In this document: piece after piece, positions 1 through 9,178 of the stretch
Layout of the letters: every line of letters begins with the position of its first letter
Numbering within the stretch: position 1 is the first letter of the stretch
DNA from: a virus
Taxonomy: Duplodnaviria; Caudoviricetes
IMG/VR virus record: IMGVR_UViG_3300042323_000878
Span: 1-55,988 of that record
Strand: one strand, 5' to 3'
Length of the DNA stretch: 55,988 nucleotides
The notes under the pieces: generated by a model
Databases searched by the model: none
The model's input: the letters and a program-made list of their open reading frames with translations, nothing else
What the model was told of the DNA's origin: nothing
Program-made: the position numbers and the translations under genes

Positions 1-127
1 ACAGGATGATTTGAGATAGAGCCTATTTCCGGTCTTGTGGAATAACTGATGCCTCCGAAAATCGTCCCGTTGCCAACTGCCAGAACCCCGCCGCGAACAT
101 CCAACTTATAGGCAGGCGTCCCGCCAA
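1..127. repeat. 127-bp exact direct repeat, copy 1 (copy 2 at 55524-55650)
   Basis: Direct comparison: identical from acaggatgat to ccgccaa, then t versus c, with near identity for about 14 more bases. Confidence 0.95.
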
Positions 128-1094
128 TCCCCACATTACCGGATGCATCCGCAATCAGCTTCACATTCCCATCACCATCACTCAGGACAACATTGTTGCT
201 AGAGGTTCTGATGTCGTAGCCGCCTTGGTTGCCGGTGAATGAGCCGAGGATTGAATGGCCGGTTCCTGTGGTTATTGCGCTGCCAGAGCCTGAGCCGAAA
301 GCGCTGTTTTTACCGCCAGTCGCAGCTATTAAAGCCTGATGCCCAAAGCCGGTATTGTTGCTGCCTGTTGAATTTGCCTGCAACACATTCACGCCGCCGC
401 CAGAGTTGAATTGTCCAGACGTGTTGTTAGACAAAGCGCCCCCACCAAAAGCTACATTGCCAACACCTGCGCCAGTGTTGTTGACTAAAGCACCTTGACC
501 CATCCGCACGTTAAACGGCACATTACCAGCGCCCAAACCTACGGGGACGGTGTTAATAGTCGCATCGCTCGTGGCGCTCAGTGTCGTGAACGCACCGGAG
601 TTGGGGGTCGTGTTGCCGATGGGGCCAGGAGTGGACAGTTGTGTGTTGCCGCTGAGCTGGAATCGTGTGCCGTCGTCAATGATGTTCATCGTCGCGCCGA
701 CAGGGATGTCCCCTGCAATCAGCGGTGTCGTCCCGTTCTTGGTGATGGCGCGTGCGCCGAGACCGTTGATGTTGATGGTGACGGCACCGGTATTGGTCGC
801 AGCTGCAACAAAGCGGTACGATTGCCCTGCGCCGTAGGCCGTGAGCGCTGGAGTTAAGGAGCCTGTGATGGTGTTCGTTCCAGCCACCGAGGTGATCCAC
901 ACCGCAGCACCGTTTCTGCCTACTGGATTTATAATGCCGATGCGCTGCACGACTCCGGACGAGTCTTCGTAAAACAAGACGCCGTCTGCAGTGTTGATTG
1001 CGAGTTCGCCGTCTGCCAAGTTCGTGTTCGTCGGGACAGCACTCGCAGTCGCGGAACGGTACAATTGTATCGGCACGTAACCGGGTTGTGGCAT
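1..1094 (-). CDS. Tail fibre protein, N-terminal part; runs off the window start and continues in frame at 55523->54788 if the genome is circularised
   Basis: Not in the ORF track. Open frame from ATG at 1094 (MPQPGYVPIQLYRSATASAVP...GELAINTADG) with Gly/Asn/Thr-rich repeats, ending in DASGNVGIGGTPAYKLDVRGG. Same frame as the 54788-55960 ORF across the 127-bp repeat. Confidence 0.85.
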   Translation of the reverse strand, partial: MPQPGYVPIQLYRSATASAVPTNTNLADGELAINTADGVLFYEDSSGVVQRIGIINPVGRNGAAVWITSVAGTNTITGSLTPALTAYGAGQSYRFVAAATNTGAVTININGLGARAITKNGTTPLIAGDIPVGATMNIIDDGTRFQLSGNTQLSTPGPIGNTTPNSGAFTTLSATSDATINTVPVGLGAGNVPFNVRMGQGALVNNTGAGVGNVAFGGGALSNNTSGQFNSGGGVNVLQANSTGSNNTGFGHQALIAATGGKNSAFGSGSGSAITTGTGHSILGSFTGNQGGYDIRTSSNNVVLSDGDGNVKLIADASGNVGIGGTPAYKLDVRGGVLAVGNGTIFGGISYSTRPEIGSISNHP

Positions 1095-1100
1095 GGTGTG

Positions 1101-1448
1101 TTACCTCAGATTTTCTAGTTTGTAAAGCGTCTTCAAATACAAAGCGCTCAACTCGTCCACAATGTTCCCCAAGGCGGCGATGTCGCAGCACAGCTTGTCT
1201 CGGTTGTCTTCCAACCAAACCACATCGCCCTTGAGCTGTTGGGTGATGTCCTTGATTGTTTCGCCGGGCACATCGCCGACCAACCCAAAAGCGCCTTGGT
1301 GCGCTTCAACGTACTTGTCTAGTGTTTCCGTTAAGCCTTCATAAAACTCGCCCAGTGCGGAGTGTTGAGAAAAAGACTTTGTCGTCCAGTGCGACAGGTG
1401 CGCACCGTTGCGGGTCTTGAAGGAGCGGGAGATAAGTTTTTCGATCAT
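1101..1448 (-). CDS. Ferritin/Dps-like small phage protein (DUF5856-like)
   Basis: HLSHW...SFSQHSALGEFYEGL..TLDKYVEAHQG resembles the four-helix ferritin-like phage family. ATGA overlap with the upstream gene. Confidence 0.6.
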   Translation of the reverse strand: MIEKLISRSFKTRNGAHLSHWTTKSFSQHSALGEFYEGLTETLDKYVEAHQGAFGLVGDVPGETIKDITQQLKGDVVWLEDNRDKLCCDIAALGNIVDELSALYLKTLYKLENLR

Positions 1449-1672
1449 GGGATTAAAGGCCCATCAGGTCTCACAAAAGGCAACAACGCACTTTCTGTGC
1501 CGCGTGCCGCGAGTCGATACGGGTCGAAGTCGTCTAGGTCGTCTTTGCAAACGCGCAACCCGTTGTTGTTCGGGTCCAAGAGCAATTTGCTGAGAGGAAA
1601 CTTCTTCGAGCACCGGCCACAAAGCCCAATGCCGTAGGTGCTCTCTCCGGAGGTGTCGAGGTAGAGGCTCAT
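1445..1672 (-). CDS. Small CxxC-containing virion-module protein
   Basis: CGRC...LRVC...D.FDP. Overlaps both neighbours by 4 bp. Confidence 0.65.
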   Translation of the reverse strand: MSLYLDTSGESTYGIGLCGRCSKKFPLSKLLLDPNNNGLRVCKDDLDDFDPYRLAARGTESALLPFVRPDGPLIP

Positions 1673-2661
1673 GCCGTGTACACCGAGATCGTGGGTTGAA
1701 CGCGCATGGGCGAGCCGTCGTTGTCGCCTGAGCGAGCGTTTTGCAAAGCAAAGGCGGCCTTGGCTTCCAGTGGCTGCATCAGCGCCATGTCTGCAGAGGG
1801 TGTTTGGTACAACAGCGCAGCGGCCAAGCCACTGATAATTGCTTCCATCCAGCGCTGAGGGACTTCAATGTCTTGCGTCAAGGTGCCCACATCCATGATG
1901 TGCCGGTGCCTCCAAACAACCAACTGCATGAATTCTGCTGCATCGTTGGGCGCAGGCCAGACATTGATGACCGGGTTGAGCTGGTTGCGCTGGAACCACA
2001 TCGACAGAGGTCTGCCTTGAAAAACCTTGTTGCTCTGTGCAACGTAGTCGTCTCGGTTCAAAATGCCCATGGGTATTTCTTGCGGCAGTGTGCCGAGATA
2101 GACCCGCGAAGACAACCGTGGAGCGACCGACAAAACCCGGAAATAAGCGGCAAAACGGGCAGGAAGGATGTCAACCCACGTCCATTGCCCGGCAACCGCA
2201 GCAACCGACGATGCGCCCACCTGCGTCCATGTTGCGCCGTCAGGAGATGTTTCGAAGGTGACAGGAACAGATGCACCTGACCATTTTATGCCCACCGTGC
2301 TGACTTGCGGAGAGGCGCTGATTTGCCCGGTGAAGTTGACTGAATAGCTGGTCGGGGTGTCGGTCACGACACCAATTGCTTCTTGCGTGACGCGCAAATT
2401 GGCGTTGAGCACGTCTACCGTGCCGACATCCAGTGTGACGAGGGGTTGCCCTGTGTAAAAGGGATAGAGTTGCTTTTCGATGCACCACGACGGGGCTTTG
2501 TCGTTGGCGAGTTGCGAGAGGAACAAATACAGTGCGTCTTTTGCGTACTCCTGCATCTCAGGCGTGATTGCTTGAGCGCTGAGCCGCAGACGGCGGAATG
2601 CCTGATCCACGACACGGTTTGTGTTGAACGCAGTCGCGCTAATTGTTCCTGAAACAGCCAC
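1669..2661 (-). CDS. Putative head-tail adaptor / tail tubular protein
   Basis: 330 aa with an adaptor-like N-terminus (VDQAFRRLR...AKDALYLFLSQLAN) and a WPAPN motif, located in the structural module. Confidence 0.55.
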   Translation of the reverse strand: MAVSGTISATAFNTNRVVDQAFRRLRLSAQAITPEMQEYAKDALYLFLSQLANDKAPSWCIEKQLYPFYTGQPLVTLDVGTVDVLNANLRVTQEAIGVVTDTPTSYSVNFTGQISASPQVSTVGIKWSGASVPVTFETSPDGATWTQVGASSVAAVAGQWTWVDILPARFAAYFRVLSVAPRLSSRVYLGTLPQEIPMGILNRDDYVAQSNKVFQGRPLSMWFQRNQLNPVINVWPAPNDAAEFMQLVVWRHRHIMDVGTLTQDIEVPQRWMEAIISGLAAALLYQTPSADMALMQPLEAKAAFALQNARSGDNDGSPMRVQPTISVYTA

Positions 2662-2719
2662 TAAGTACTCCGTTTTGTTGACGGGTGACGGGCTGTTTCA
2701 GCCTGTGCCTTGCCCTCGA

Positions 2720-2748
2720 ATTATAGCTTAAAACCCACTTTTTGCAAA
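2720..2748 (-). promoter_or_regulatory. Sigma70-like promoter TTTGC-N18-TATAAT (copy 1 of 4)
   Basis: Minus strand reads TTTGCaaaaagtgggttttaagcTATAAT upstream of 2661. Same spacing at 7769, 12239 and 52538. Confidence 0.7.
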
Positions 2749-2749
2749 A

Positions 2750-2917
2750 TTAAGCTTGCGCACTTTGTAACTTGACGAGTGCGCTTTCAGCTTCTGCGAT
2801 TTGTGCGTCGATGAGGTTAATTGCGGCGACATCGCCGCGCTGCTCTGCTTGGACGCGTTGCTGTCGTTGATACGACAAGAGGTTGTTGAGCAACCGGATA
2901 ATTTCTTGAGTAATCAT
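2750..2917 (-). CDS. Small 55-aa helical protein
   Basis: Not in the track. ATG at 2917 with an AGGGGGA SD, MITQEIIRLLNNLLSYQRQQRVQAEQRGD...; stop TAA at 2750. Confidence 0.6.
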   Translation of the reverse strand: MITQEIIRLLNNLLSYQRQQRVQAEQRGDVAAINLIDAQIAEAESALVKLQSAQA

Positions 2918-2927
2918 AGTTCCCCCT

Positions 2928-5057
2928 TTAAACAGTTCTTGACAGTTTGACTTTGACTTGACCAGCAGCTACGGCGGTTGTATCGGTGTCCGCTACAGCG
3001 CCAGTAATTGCGATTCCCAAGCCCAAGGCGAAGCGGTAGGACTGAAAGCCTGCCGTCAGTTCAGCAACACCTGGCACGCCAGCAACAGCAGCAGGGACGC
3101 AGATAACCATCTCTGGGACATCTGTTGCCAACACTGGGGCTGTGGCTTTGTTGTAAAGCTTCACAAAGGCGGCGGTAGCTCCAATGTTGGTTGCATAGAA
3201 GCTGCTCACCCCGCTAGTGCCTGTCAAAATCAGCGCAATATTCGTCGTTGCCAAGCTGTTGACGAAGTACGGCGTGGCAGGGGCCGCTGGCGTGCCTTGC
3301 GTAGTGATGGCTCCAATGTTCCAAGTGCCGGACTGAGAGGCTGCAGTCGTGCCGCCTTGCAACACCACCGGCATCGCGGACGCTGTGTCTCCTGTAGACC
3401 GGGCCAATGCTTCGACGCGCAACCGCTCATAGTCAAATATCCGCACAAAACTCATGCGCAAATCGGTGCGCTTGATGACGCCGCCGCCGCAGTCCGTCAC
3501 GGCAAAGTCTGCTGGCAAGGTGCGCTGTCCATTGAAGGGCAAGACGAGCGTCAGCACCGTGGTTGCGAAGTTTGCAACTTTCCAAGGCCCGTCCACGCCC
3601 AAGCTCACGCCGGTCAAGTTCGCACGCACACCGACGAGGTTTGCCAAGTCACCAATGACCAATCCTGCCCAGTTGGTATTGCCTGTGAGCACCAACTGGC
3701 GAGTGCCGTCCACCAGTGTGGTCAGCGTTGCATTTTGAGCAACGACCGCATTGGCTCCGAGCGCCGACATTAAGTTACCGCCTTGCACCTTGGCGACGTA
3801 GCCTCCGTAGCTCGTAATCGTTCCAGCCGCACCTTGAACAATGGTGTATTCGGTAGGGCTGACGATTGAAGCAACAACGGTCGCCACCAGCAAATTTGGG
3901 AACTCCGTGGCTCCTTGGGCGCGCGTGCCATATTGCACGACAAGGTCGCCAATAATCAAGCCGTGGGGCCGGTCTGTGACGATGTTCGCCGTGGTTGTTC
4001 CGGTCTTTGTGGCGGTCACAATCTGCGCCACTGGCACCGTCAGCGACTTGTTGTTGGTCGACCGGATTCGCAGCTTGTACATCTCTGCAGGGTCAGGACA
4101 CACCTGCGTGCGAGTGCTCCGTGCAGTTGTTTGCGCTAGCGAATCTACCGGGCTGTCTGCCCATTGAATTCGGTCAGACTGCAACAACAACCTGTATTCA
4201 CTGGCAGGGACGAAGGCGTAAGTGTACGCGCTGTTGACGAGTTGCGTGGATGCGGTTGTGCTGACTGTCATGGCATGGTTGCCAGCGACCGTGCCGCTGG
4301 GCAGGGCATCACCAGACTCCGACCGAACATACAGCGAGGCATTGGTGGCTGTGCCGTTTTCGAAAATCTGCGACACGCCGTTGCGAGCGCGCCCGAACCG
4401 TTCACGGAAGTAAACAAAGCCTTTGGCCCCAACGGGGTTGGTGATTGTTTGCGATGGGAGGGTGCCGCCCGGTCCAGCAGTGCAGGTAATTTGCGTTGGC
4501 GTCGGAATAGAGGCAACCACCAACGCTGGGTAGTTTGCAAGCTCGTTAGCGCAGTCTTTGACCCCAATCGACTTGCCAATGCTCAGACCGTGTGGCAAAA
4601 CAGTGTCGATGGTCAGCGTACTGGTGGTCTGCGAGATTGCCGAAATTTCCAACTCAGGCACATCCGGCAACGGAGTCCCGGTGTCTACCGCTTCTATGGC
4701 AAACTCTTGCCCAAGTGTGCGTTGCGACATGTGGGCACCGAACGCAATTTCCGTGGGCATGTGAAAATAATCGCTCGGACGAAGCTCAACAATCGTCTCG
4801 GTTCCCGCTGTCAAGGGGTCTTTGCTGATCACGAGATACGAAGCGGCAGCCGCGTTGCCGTCCACATAAACCAAGTCTCCCGGCGCTTTTGTTTCTGTCC
4901 AGCTGCTGCCGTTCACAGGGTCATAAACTTCAAACGCCTCACGAAACTTGTTGGTGACGTTCTCTGCAACTGTGTGAGGGACTTTGGTCCCGTCGCCGTT
5001 GTCCGTGGCCACCAATTTTTGGCCGTGATTGAAATAATACTCAGGCGTTGCGCTCAT
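2928..5057 (-). CDS. Large beta-rich virion protein (spike/fibre-like)
   Basis: 709 aa, Thr/Ala/Gly/Val-rich, with two T..PHGL.IG repeats. AGGAG SD. Lies in the structural module. Confidence 0.6.
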   Translation of the reverse strand: MSATPEYYFNHGQKLVATDNGDGTKVPHTVAENVTNKFREAFEVYDPVNGSSWTETKAPGDLVYVDGNAAAASYLVISKDPLTAGTETIVELRPSDYFHMPTEIAFGAHMSQRTLGQEFAIEAVDTGTPLPDVPELEISAISQTTSTLTIDTVLPHGLSIGKSIGVKDCANELANYPALVVASIPTPTQITCTAGPGGTLPSQTITNPVGAKGFVYFRERFGRARNGVSQIFENGTATNASLYVRSESGDALPSGTVAGNHAMTVSTTASTQLVNSAYTYAFVPASEYRLLLQSDRIQWADSPVDSLAQTTARSTRTQVCPDPAEMYKLRIRSTNNKSLTVPVAQIVTATKTGTTTANIVTDRPHGLIIGDLVVQYGTRAQGATEFPNLLVATVVASIVSPTEYTIVQGAAGTITSYGGYVAKVQGGNLMSALGANAVVAQNATLTTLVDGTRQLVLTGNTNWAGLVIGDLANLVGVRANLTGVSLGVDGPWKVANFATTVLTLVLPFNGQRTLPADFAVTDCGGGVIKRTDLRMSFVRIFDYERLRVEALARSTGDTASAMPVVLQGGTTAASQSGTWNIGAITTQGTPAAPATPYFVNSLATTNIALILTGTSGVSSFYATNIGATAAFVKLYNKATAPVLATDVPEMVICVPAAVAGVPGVAELTAGFQSYRFALGLGIAITGAVADTDTTAVAAGQVKVKLSRTV

Positions 5058-5098
5058 TCAAATCTCCTGTTCAAATATGGGGCCGCAGCCCCTTGGGA

Positions 5099-5575
5099 TT
5101 ACTGAGGAGCGGACGAACCGTCTGGTGCGCGCTGGGCGTAAACACAAACAATCGTCACAGAGCCGGTGGACAATCCCGAGCCGGTGGCGGTGTAATTAAT
5201 CAATGCGTCTGTTGCGCCCACATTGTTCCACAAAGCAGTGACTGCGTTGGATGCAGTGGCACCAGTCATGGCTGTGGGGTTTGCGGGGCCGGTGACTGTG
5301 GTGACGCCGGTGATGTCGGTGGCTCCGATGGTGAGCTTGATTGTGGTGGCACCGCTGAATGTTGCTGTCGTGAAGAACGTGAGCGAGTGCAAAATAGAGC
5401 CTGCGGGCAGCACAAACGCGCGACCGGTTAAGCCTGCGTTGATCGAGGCAAAGCCGAGCGTGAAGGTTTGCACCAGCTGCAACACGCCTGTGTTGCGCAG
5501 CGTGCCTGCGGTTGTGCCTGTGGTGGCAGGCACTGTGCCAACGCGCAACGGGCCAGAATAAGTAGAAAATCCCAT
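5099..5575 (-). CDS. Putative capsid decoration/cement protein
   Basis: 158 aa, Thr/Gly-rich, starts MGFSTYSGPLRVG, immediately downstream of the major capsid gene. Confidence 0.6.
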   Translation of the reverse strand: MGFSTYSGPLRVGTVPATTGTTAGTLRNTGVLQLVQTFTLGFASINAGLTGRAFVLPAGSILHSLTFFTTATFSGATTIKLTIGATDITGVTTVTGPANPTAMTGATASNAVTALWNNVGATDALINYTATGSGLSTGSVTIVCVYAQRAPDGSSAPQ

Positions 5576-5586
5576 GATAGTTCCTT

Positions 5587-5648
5587 ACATGCAAGTGTTG
5601 GCGCGTCTGTCTGCATGTCGTCAGCCGGGCAAGGCTGTCAGACGCACC
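5587..5648 (-). ncRNA. Candidate pseudoknotted cis-regulatory RNA in the leader of the 158-aa gene
   Basis: Stems 5603-5609/5639-5645 and 5622-5626/5633-5637, plus a crossing stem 5587-5593/5612-5618 that abuts the SD at 5581-5586. Confidence 0.5.
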
Positions 5649-5654
5649 TGTGGG

Positions 5655-5706
5655 TTTTAAAAGTGCCCTGCAAACACCCCTCGGGAGGGGTGTTCACGGG
5701 AGCACT
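5655..5706 (-). terminator. Rho-independent terminator after the major capsid gene
   Basis: Long hairpin (aacacccctc/gaggggtgtt, extended by agtgc/gcact) followed by TTTT on the minus strand. Confidence 0.65.
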
Positions 5707-5707
5707 C

Positions 5708-6622
5708 TTAGACGCCTGCGGTGCCGTAGAATGCGCGCGGGTCAGTCCAGCTCACGTCGTAACGCTCAGTGGCTTTGTAGCGCATGGAGTCGGTTTCGAA
5801 GTCGCCTTCCATGGACTTGTCCAGCGCCCGACGCATCATCAACTTCAAGCCTTCAGGCGCGTCGGTCTTGACGCCCCACAGCGTGGTGGAGGTGATACGG
5901 CTGAGGTTGGCTTGTCCTTCGCTCAACAGCCCCATGGAATGAATGGGGTTGATGTCGTTGTCGGACGAACCAGCCCGCAGCACCGACTTGAGCAGCACTT
6001 CTGCCTGGAACACGTTGGATGGACCGGTGACGATCTTCTTCGGTGTGAGGCGGATGCGCTTGCCGTTGTTGTCGACTGCATTGCGCACTTGGATGAGCAG
6101 TTGTTCCAGCGAGGTCTGAGACAATGCAGCAGCGGTCGCGAGGACGTTGCTGAATGTGCCGCTGACGAGCGGATGGTTGTTCGCGGCCAAGGCCACCCCG
6201 TCGCCGCCCACAAACGCACCGTTGAAGGCGCGGTTGATGATGTTGGCGCAGAGAGTTTCTTTGGTCTCGATCAACGACTGGGCCAGGTGCTTGGCGTAGG
6301 TCTGACCAATACGGATGTGGTCCCCGTCTTCTACCAAGACCTTGGTCAGCGCAAAGGCCAAGCCATACACCTTGTAGACGTAGCGCTTGTTGTACAAGAC
6401 GCCGCCAGATTGGTACGTGACCGGAAAGCCGTCAGGCAACTCCGGTGCTGCGCCGAAGCCGAACAACACAGGCTCTTCGTGATACGTGCGGGCAATGCCC
6501 TTGCGCTCATCGAAAACCCCTTTCCATTCGTCTGCACGCTGGTTGTAAACACCGTCAAACACTTCGTTCAGAATTGGTTCAACAACGGATCTGAAATCCG
6601 TCGATCTCATCGGATTTGACAT
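5708..6622 (-). CDS. Major capsid protein (Mu gpT-like family of aquatic podoviruses)
   Basis: 304 aa, C-terminal MEGDFETDSMRYKATERYDVSWTDPRAFYGTAG typical of this capsid family. Downstream of portal and scaffold. Confidence 0.85.
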   Translation of the reverse strand: MSNPMRSTDFRSVVEPILNEVFDGVYNQRADEWKGVFDERKGIARTYHEEPVLFGFGAAPELPDGFPVTYQSGGVLYNKRYVYKVYGLAFALTKVLVEDGDHIRIGQTYAKHLAQSLIETKETLCANIINRAFNGAFVGGDGVALAANNHPLVSGTFSNVLATAAALSQTSLEQLLIQVRNAVDNNGKRIRLTPKKIVTGPSNVFQAEVLLKSVLRAGSSDNDINPIHSMGLLSEGQANLSRITSTTLWGVKTDAPEGLKLMMRRALDKSMEGDFETDSMRYKATERYDVSWTDPRAFYGTAGV

Positions 6623-6623
6623 A

Positions 6624-7181
6624 TTACACTCCTACCTTGTTGCCGAAGGCAATCTGTGATTGAGCCAAGGAAACTTGCACAATGGTGAACGCATCACCCG
6701 GCAAATTGTCCACTTGTGTGCCGAAGCCAATGATGCGCCACTGAGACTGGGTCGTGCCGTTGGGCGCAGCCAGTGTGGTGGTGCTCAGCCCGGTGGCGGT
6801 CGAGCCAGATGCGGCGGTGGTGTTGGCTTCTTCGCCGATGTTCGCCTGAGTCACAGACCCGACGGCTTGCACCTCGTAGATGGTCGTGTAATCGTCAGAG
6901 ACCCACGCGGTGATGTTGGTGGCGACAGTGTTGGCAGGCCAAAAAGCACTGACGGTCGGTTTGCCCGAAGCGTCCGTGTATTCGCAGCCTTGGAAGACGC
7001 CCAAAAGGTCGCCCGTAGTGCCACCAGCGACAATGGTGCCGCCAGTGCCTTCTAAGGCAACCGTGCCGCCAGAGAAGATGTTGGTGTTGTAACCTGAAGC
7101 AATCGTGTACTTACGTGCCCGGACTTGTCCGGACGGGTTGTAAGCCGGACGAAAGCCGAACGGTGCGTTCGTTGCTGACAT
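6624..7181 (-). CDS. Putative capsid stabilising/decoration protein
   Basis: NAPFGFRP...YNTNIFSG...GVFQGCEYTD motif, directly upstream of the capsid gene. Confidence 0.65.
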   Translation of the reverse strand: MSATNAPFGFRPAYNPSGQVRARKYTIASGYNTNIFSGGTVALEGTGGTIVAGGTTGDLLGVFQGCEYTDASGKPTVSAFWPANTVATNITAWVSDDYTTIYEVQAVGSVTQANIGEEANTTAASGSTATGLSTTTLAAPNGTTQSQWRIIGFGTQVDNLPGDAFTIVQVSLAQSQIAFGNKVGV

Positions 7182-7209
7182 AAATGGCTCCTAAAATTGA
7201 GGAAAAAGA

Positions 7210-7737
7210 TCAAGCCAACTCAAACTGAGCCGACCGCTTTTGCCCTAACTCTGCGTTGCCATCACCCTTCAAGAGATTCGATCCAGACGCGCGTGCTTGT
7301 TGCTCCAAGTATTCCGCCGTATCGGTGAGCTTTTCCTCTTCGCGCAACGGCGCGTCGTGGTGGGCTTCCCGCATAAAGGCTTCATACAGGCTCATCGGCA
7401 ACTTAAACGCCAGCATCTCGTTCACCCCGATAAAACCCGCGTATTCGCCTGTTTTCAAGGTCGCATACTCCCAGCCGGGAACGTCTTCCGGCTTGATGGG
7501 TTCGTATCCCAGGCGCAAACGCGTCTGGATTGAATCTCGGGGATTCGTGGTCGTCAGCCAGCACGCATGCCAGCCGGGTATTTTTGGCAAATCAGGTAGA
7601 GCAGATTGAAAGAACTGCTGCCGGAACATTTCAACTCGCTCTGCATCGGAGACGGCACGGTTTTGCGTCGCTGGGCGATCAGCGACTGAGCGGCTCTCAC
7701 GAGAATCAGCGGTCTTTTTTAGACGTTCATCGGACAT
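7210..7737 (-). CDS. Conserved head-module hypothetical protein
   Basis: 175 aa with AAGGAG SD and upstream promoter, between scaffold and capsid genes. Confidence 0.7.
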   Translation of the reverse strand: MSDERLKKTADSRESRSVADRPATQNRAVSDAERVEMFRQQFFQSALPDLPKIPGWHACWLTTTNPRDSIQTRLRLGYEPIKPEDVPGWEYATLKTGEYAGFIGVNEMLAFKLPMSLYEAFMREAHHDAPLREEEKLTDTAEYLEQQARASGSNLLKGDGNAELGQKRSAQFELA

Positions 7738-7768
7738 TTTGTATTGCTCCTTTCAGCAATTGAGTGGA

Positions 7769-7797
7769 ATTATAACTTGACTTTGCAGAAACGCAAA
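7769..7797 (-). promoter_or_regulatory. Sigma70-like promoter (copy 2 of 4)
   Basis: TTTGCgtttctgcaaagtcaagtTATAAT on the minus strand. Confidence 0.7.
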
Positions 7798-7807
7798 ATT
7801 ATGGGCT

Positions 7808-8773
7808 TTATGCACGGTTTGTGCGGTCGTATTCTGCGTAGCGCTTGACGTACCTTTGCCTTAGCACAGGATCGTCCCACACACCTGCGTCGACGAGCGC
7901 TTGTTTGCGCTCCGGACTGATGTAGATCTCGCGCCGGGTGCTTGTCGGTGCGTGCTCACGACCAGAACCGACGTTGGGGCCGCCGCGTGGACGGCGCTCT
8001 TCGCGCGTTGGCTCTGGTTCTTCACGGGCGGAGAACTTCTCAGGCAACCGACGGGCCGCGCGCTTGCGCAACTCGGTCCAATAGTCTTCGCTCTTGGGGT
8101 CATACCCGTCCTTGATCAAGGCCGAGTCAATCGCCAGCACAATCGCTGAGTCCTCGTCTCGACCGTGAATGTCGTACCACTTGTTTTCTTCCAAGAATTC
8201 CTTGGCATGCAGCGCAACTCGGTCGTCCAAGCCGGGGTTGGGCTTTTGCGGAGGCACGGCATTTTGCCGAGTGTAGCTGAGTTGGTTGACACGGGCGAGG
8301 GCTTCGTCCCGGTACTTCATCGCCTTCACGACATCTTCACCGTTTCCAGCGGCGATGGCCTTGGCGATGACCTGATCCGCCATGCGCACCTCGTCGGAGT
8401 GGTGCTTGATCTGGCGGTCCACGTCCTGCAACTGCGTTCTGAACGTGTGCGTCTCCACACCATCCAACCGGCGCTCCAAGTCTTCGTTGCGCTTGCGCAA
8501 GAAGTCCATCTCCAACTTGTCGCGGCTGATGGCGACTTCTTTGCGCTGCTTGCGGTCAAGCTTTTCCTGCCTGCGTCGCTCGCGGATTGCTTCGCGCTCC
8601 TCTTCGGTGCGGGCGTTTGCCGTTTCGCGCTGTTCTTCTGCAGTTTCAGGCTCGACTTTTTGCGTCCTGTCGCCCGTGTCGGGCTTGTCTTCGACGATTA
8701 CAATTTCGTCGGGTTCCTTTTTCTCTGGCAGGTCGTCATCAACCTCAACCATAACGCTGTCTTTTGTGGCCAT
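7808..8773 (-). CDS. Putative capsid scaffolding protein
   Basis: Acidic N-terminus, long charged coiled coil, located between portal and capsid genes. Confidence 0.7.
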   Translation of the reverse strand: MATKDSVMVEVDDDLPEKKEPDEIVIVEDKPDTGDRTQKVEPETAEEQRETANARTEEEREAIRERRRQEKLDRKQRKEVAISRDKLEMDFLRKRNEDLERRLDGVETHTFRTQLQDVDRQIKHHSDEVRMADQVIAKAIAAGNGEDVVKAMKYRDEALARVNQLSYTRQNAVPPQKPNPGLDDRVALHAKEFLEENKWYDIHGRDEDSAIVLAIDSALIKDGYDPKSEDYWTELRKRAARRLPEKFSAREEPEPTREERRPRGGPNVGSGREHAPTSTRREIYISPERKQALVDAGVWDDPVLRQRYVKRYAEYDRTNRA

Positions 8774-8785
8774 AGGGAGTGCTCC

Positions 8786-9178
8786 TTAGAAAAAGGCTTT
8801 GATTGCCAAGGGGTCGCTGGTGACGAGGCCCAAGACGTCCAGGTCGTTGAGCAGGACGTAGTAAGCTTTTGCACCATCTGCCGCAGGCGATGTCCAACGG
8901 TCGCCGCCGTAGCGAGGCGCGCGGACGTAGTCGCCCGGTTTGCACCATGCGCCTTCGGGCCACAGCTCTGCCGTGTTGCGATTGTGGAAAGCCAACGGGC
9001 CGACAGAGATGACTTTTGCGATTTGAGTATTCCACATTTGGGTATCTTTGTCGCCCTCAGTGAGAATAATGCCGCCTCGTGTCTTGGTCTCGGGGGTGCG
9101 GATTTGCACCAACACACGCGAACCCAAAGGCGTGATGCCAGGGTCTGCTGCCGGAAAAGCCATATCTAATTCACTCAT
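8786..9178 (-). CDS. groES: GroES-like co-chaperonin
   Basis: PLGSRVLVQ...TKTRGGIILT...AKVISVGP...GDYV...YGG...LLNDLDVLG are Cpn10 motifs. ATG at 9178 fits the SD spacing better than GTG at 9184. Confidence 0.85.
   Translation of the reverse strand: MSELDMAFPAADPGITPLGSRVLVQIRTPETKTRGGIILTEGDKDTQMWNTQIAKVISVGPLAFHNRNTAELWPEGAWCKPGDYVRAPRYGGDRWTSPAADGAKAYYVLLNDLDVLGLVTSDPLAIKAFF

Noticed and set aside
1-127. True terminal repeat or att site
   Set aside because: It lies mid-gene, the second copy is ~340 bp from the contig end, its length equals a common assembly k-mer, and no integrase is seen.
5587-5625. Hammerhead ribozyme (CUGACGA on the minus strand)
   Set aside because: The required GAAA after the stem is missing (UAAG instead). 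Kept only as an unassigned structured RNA.
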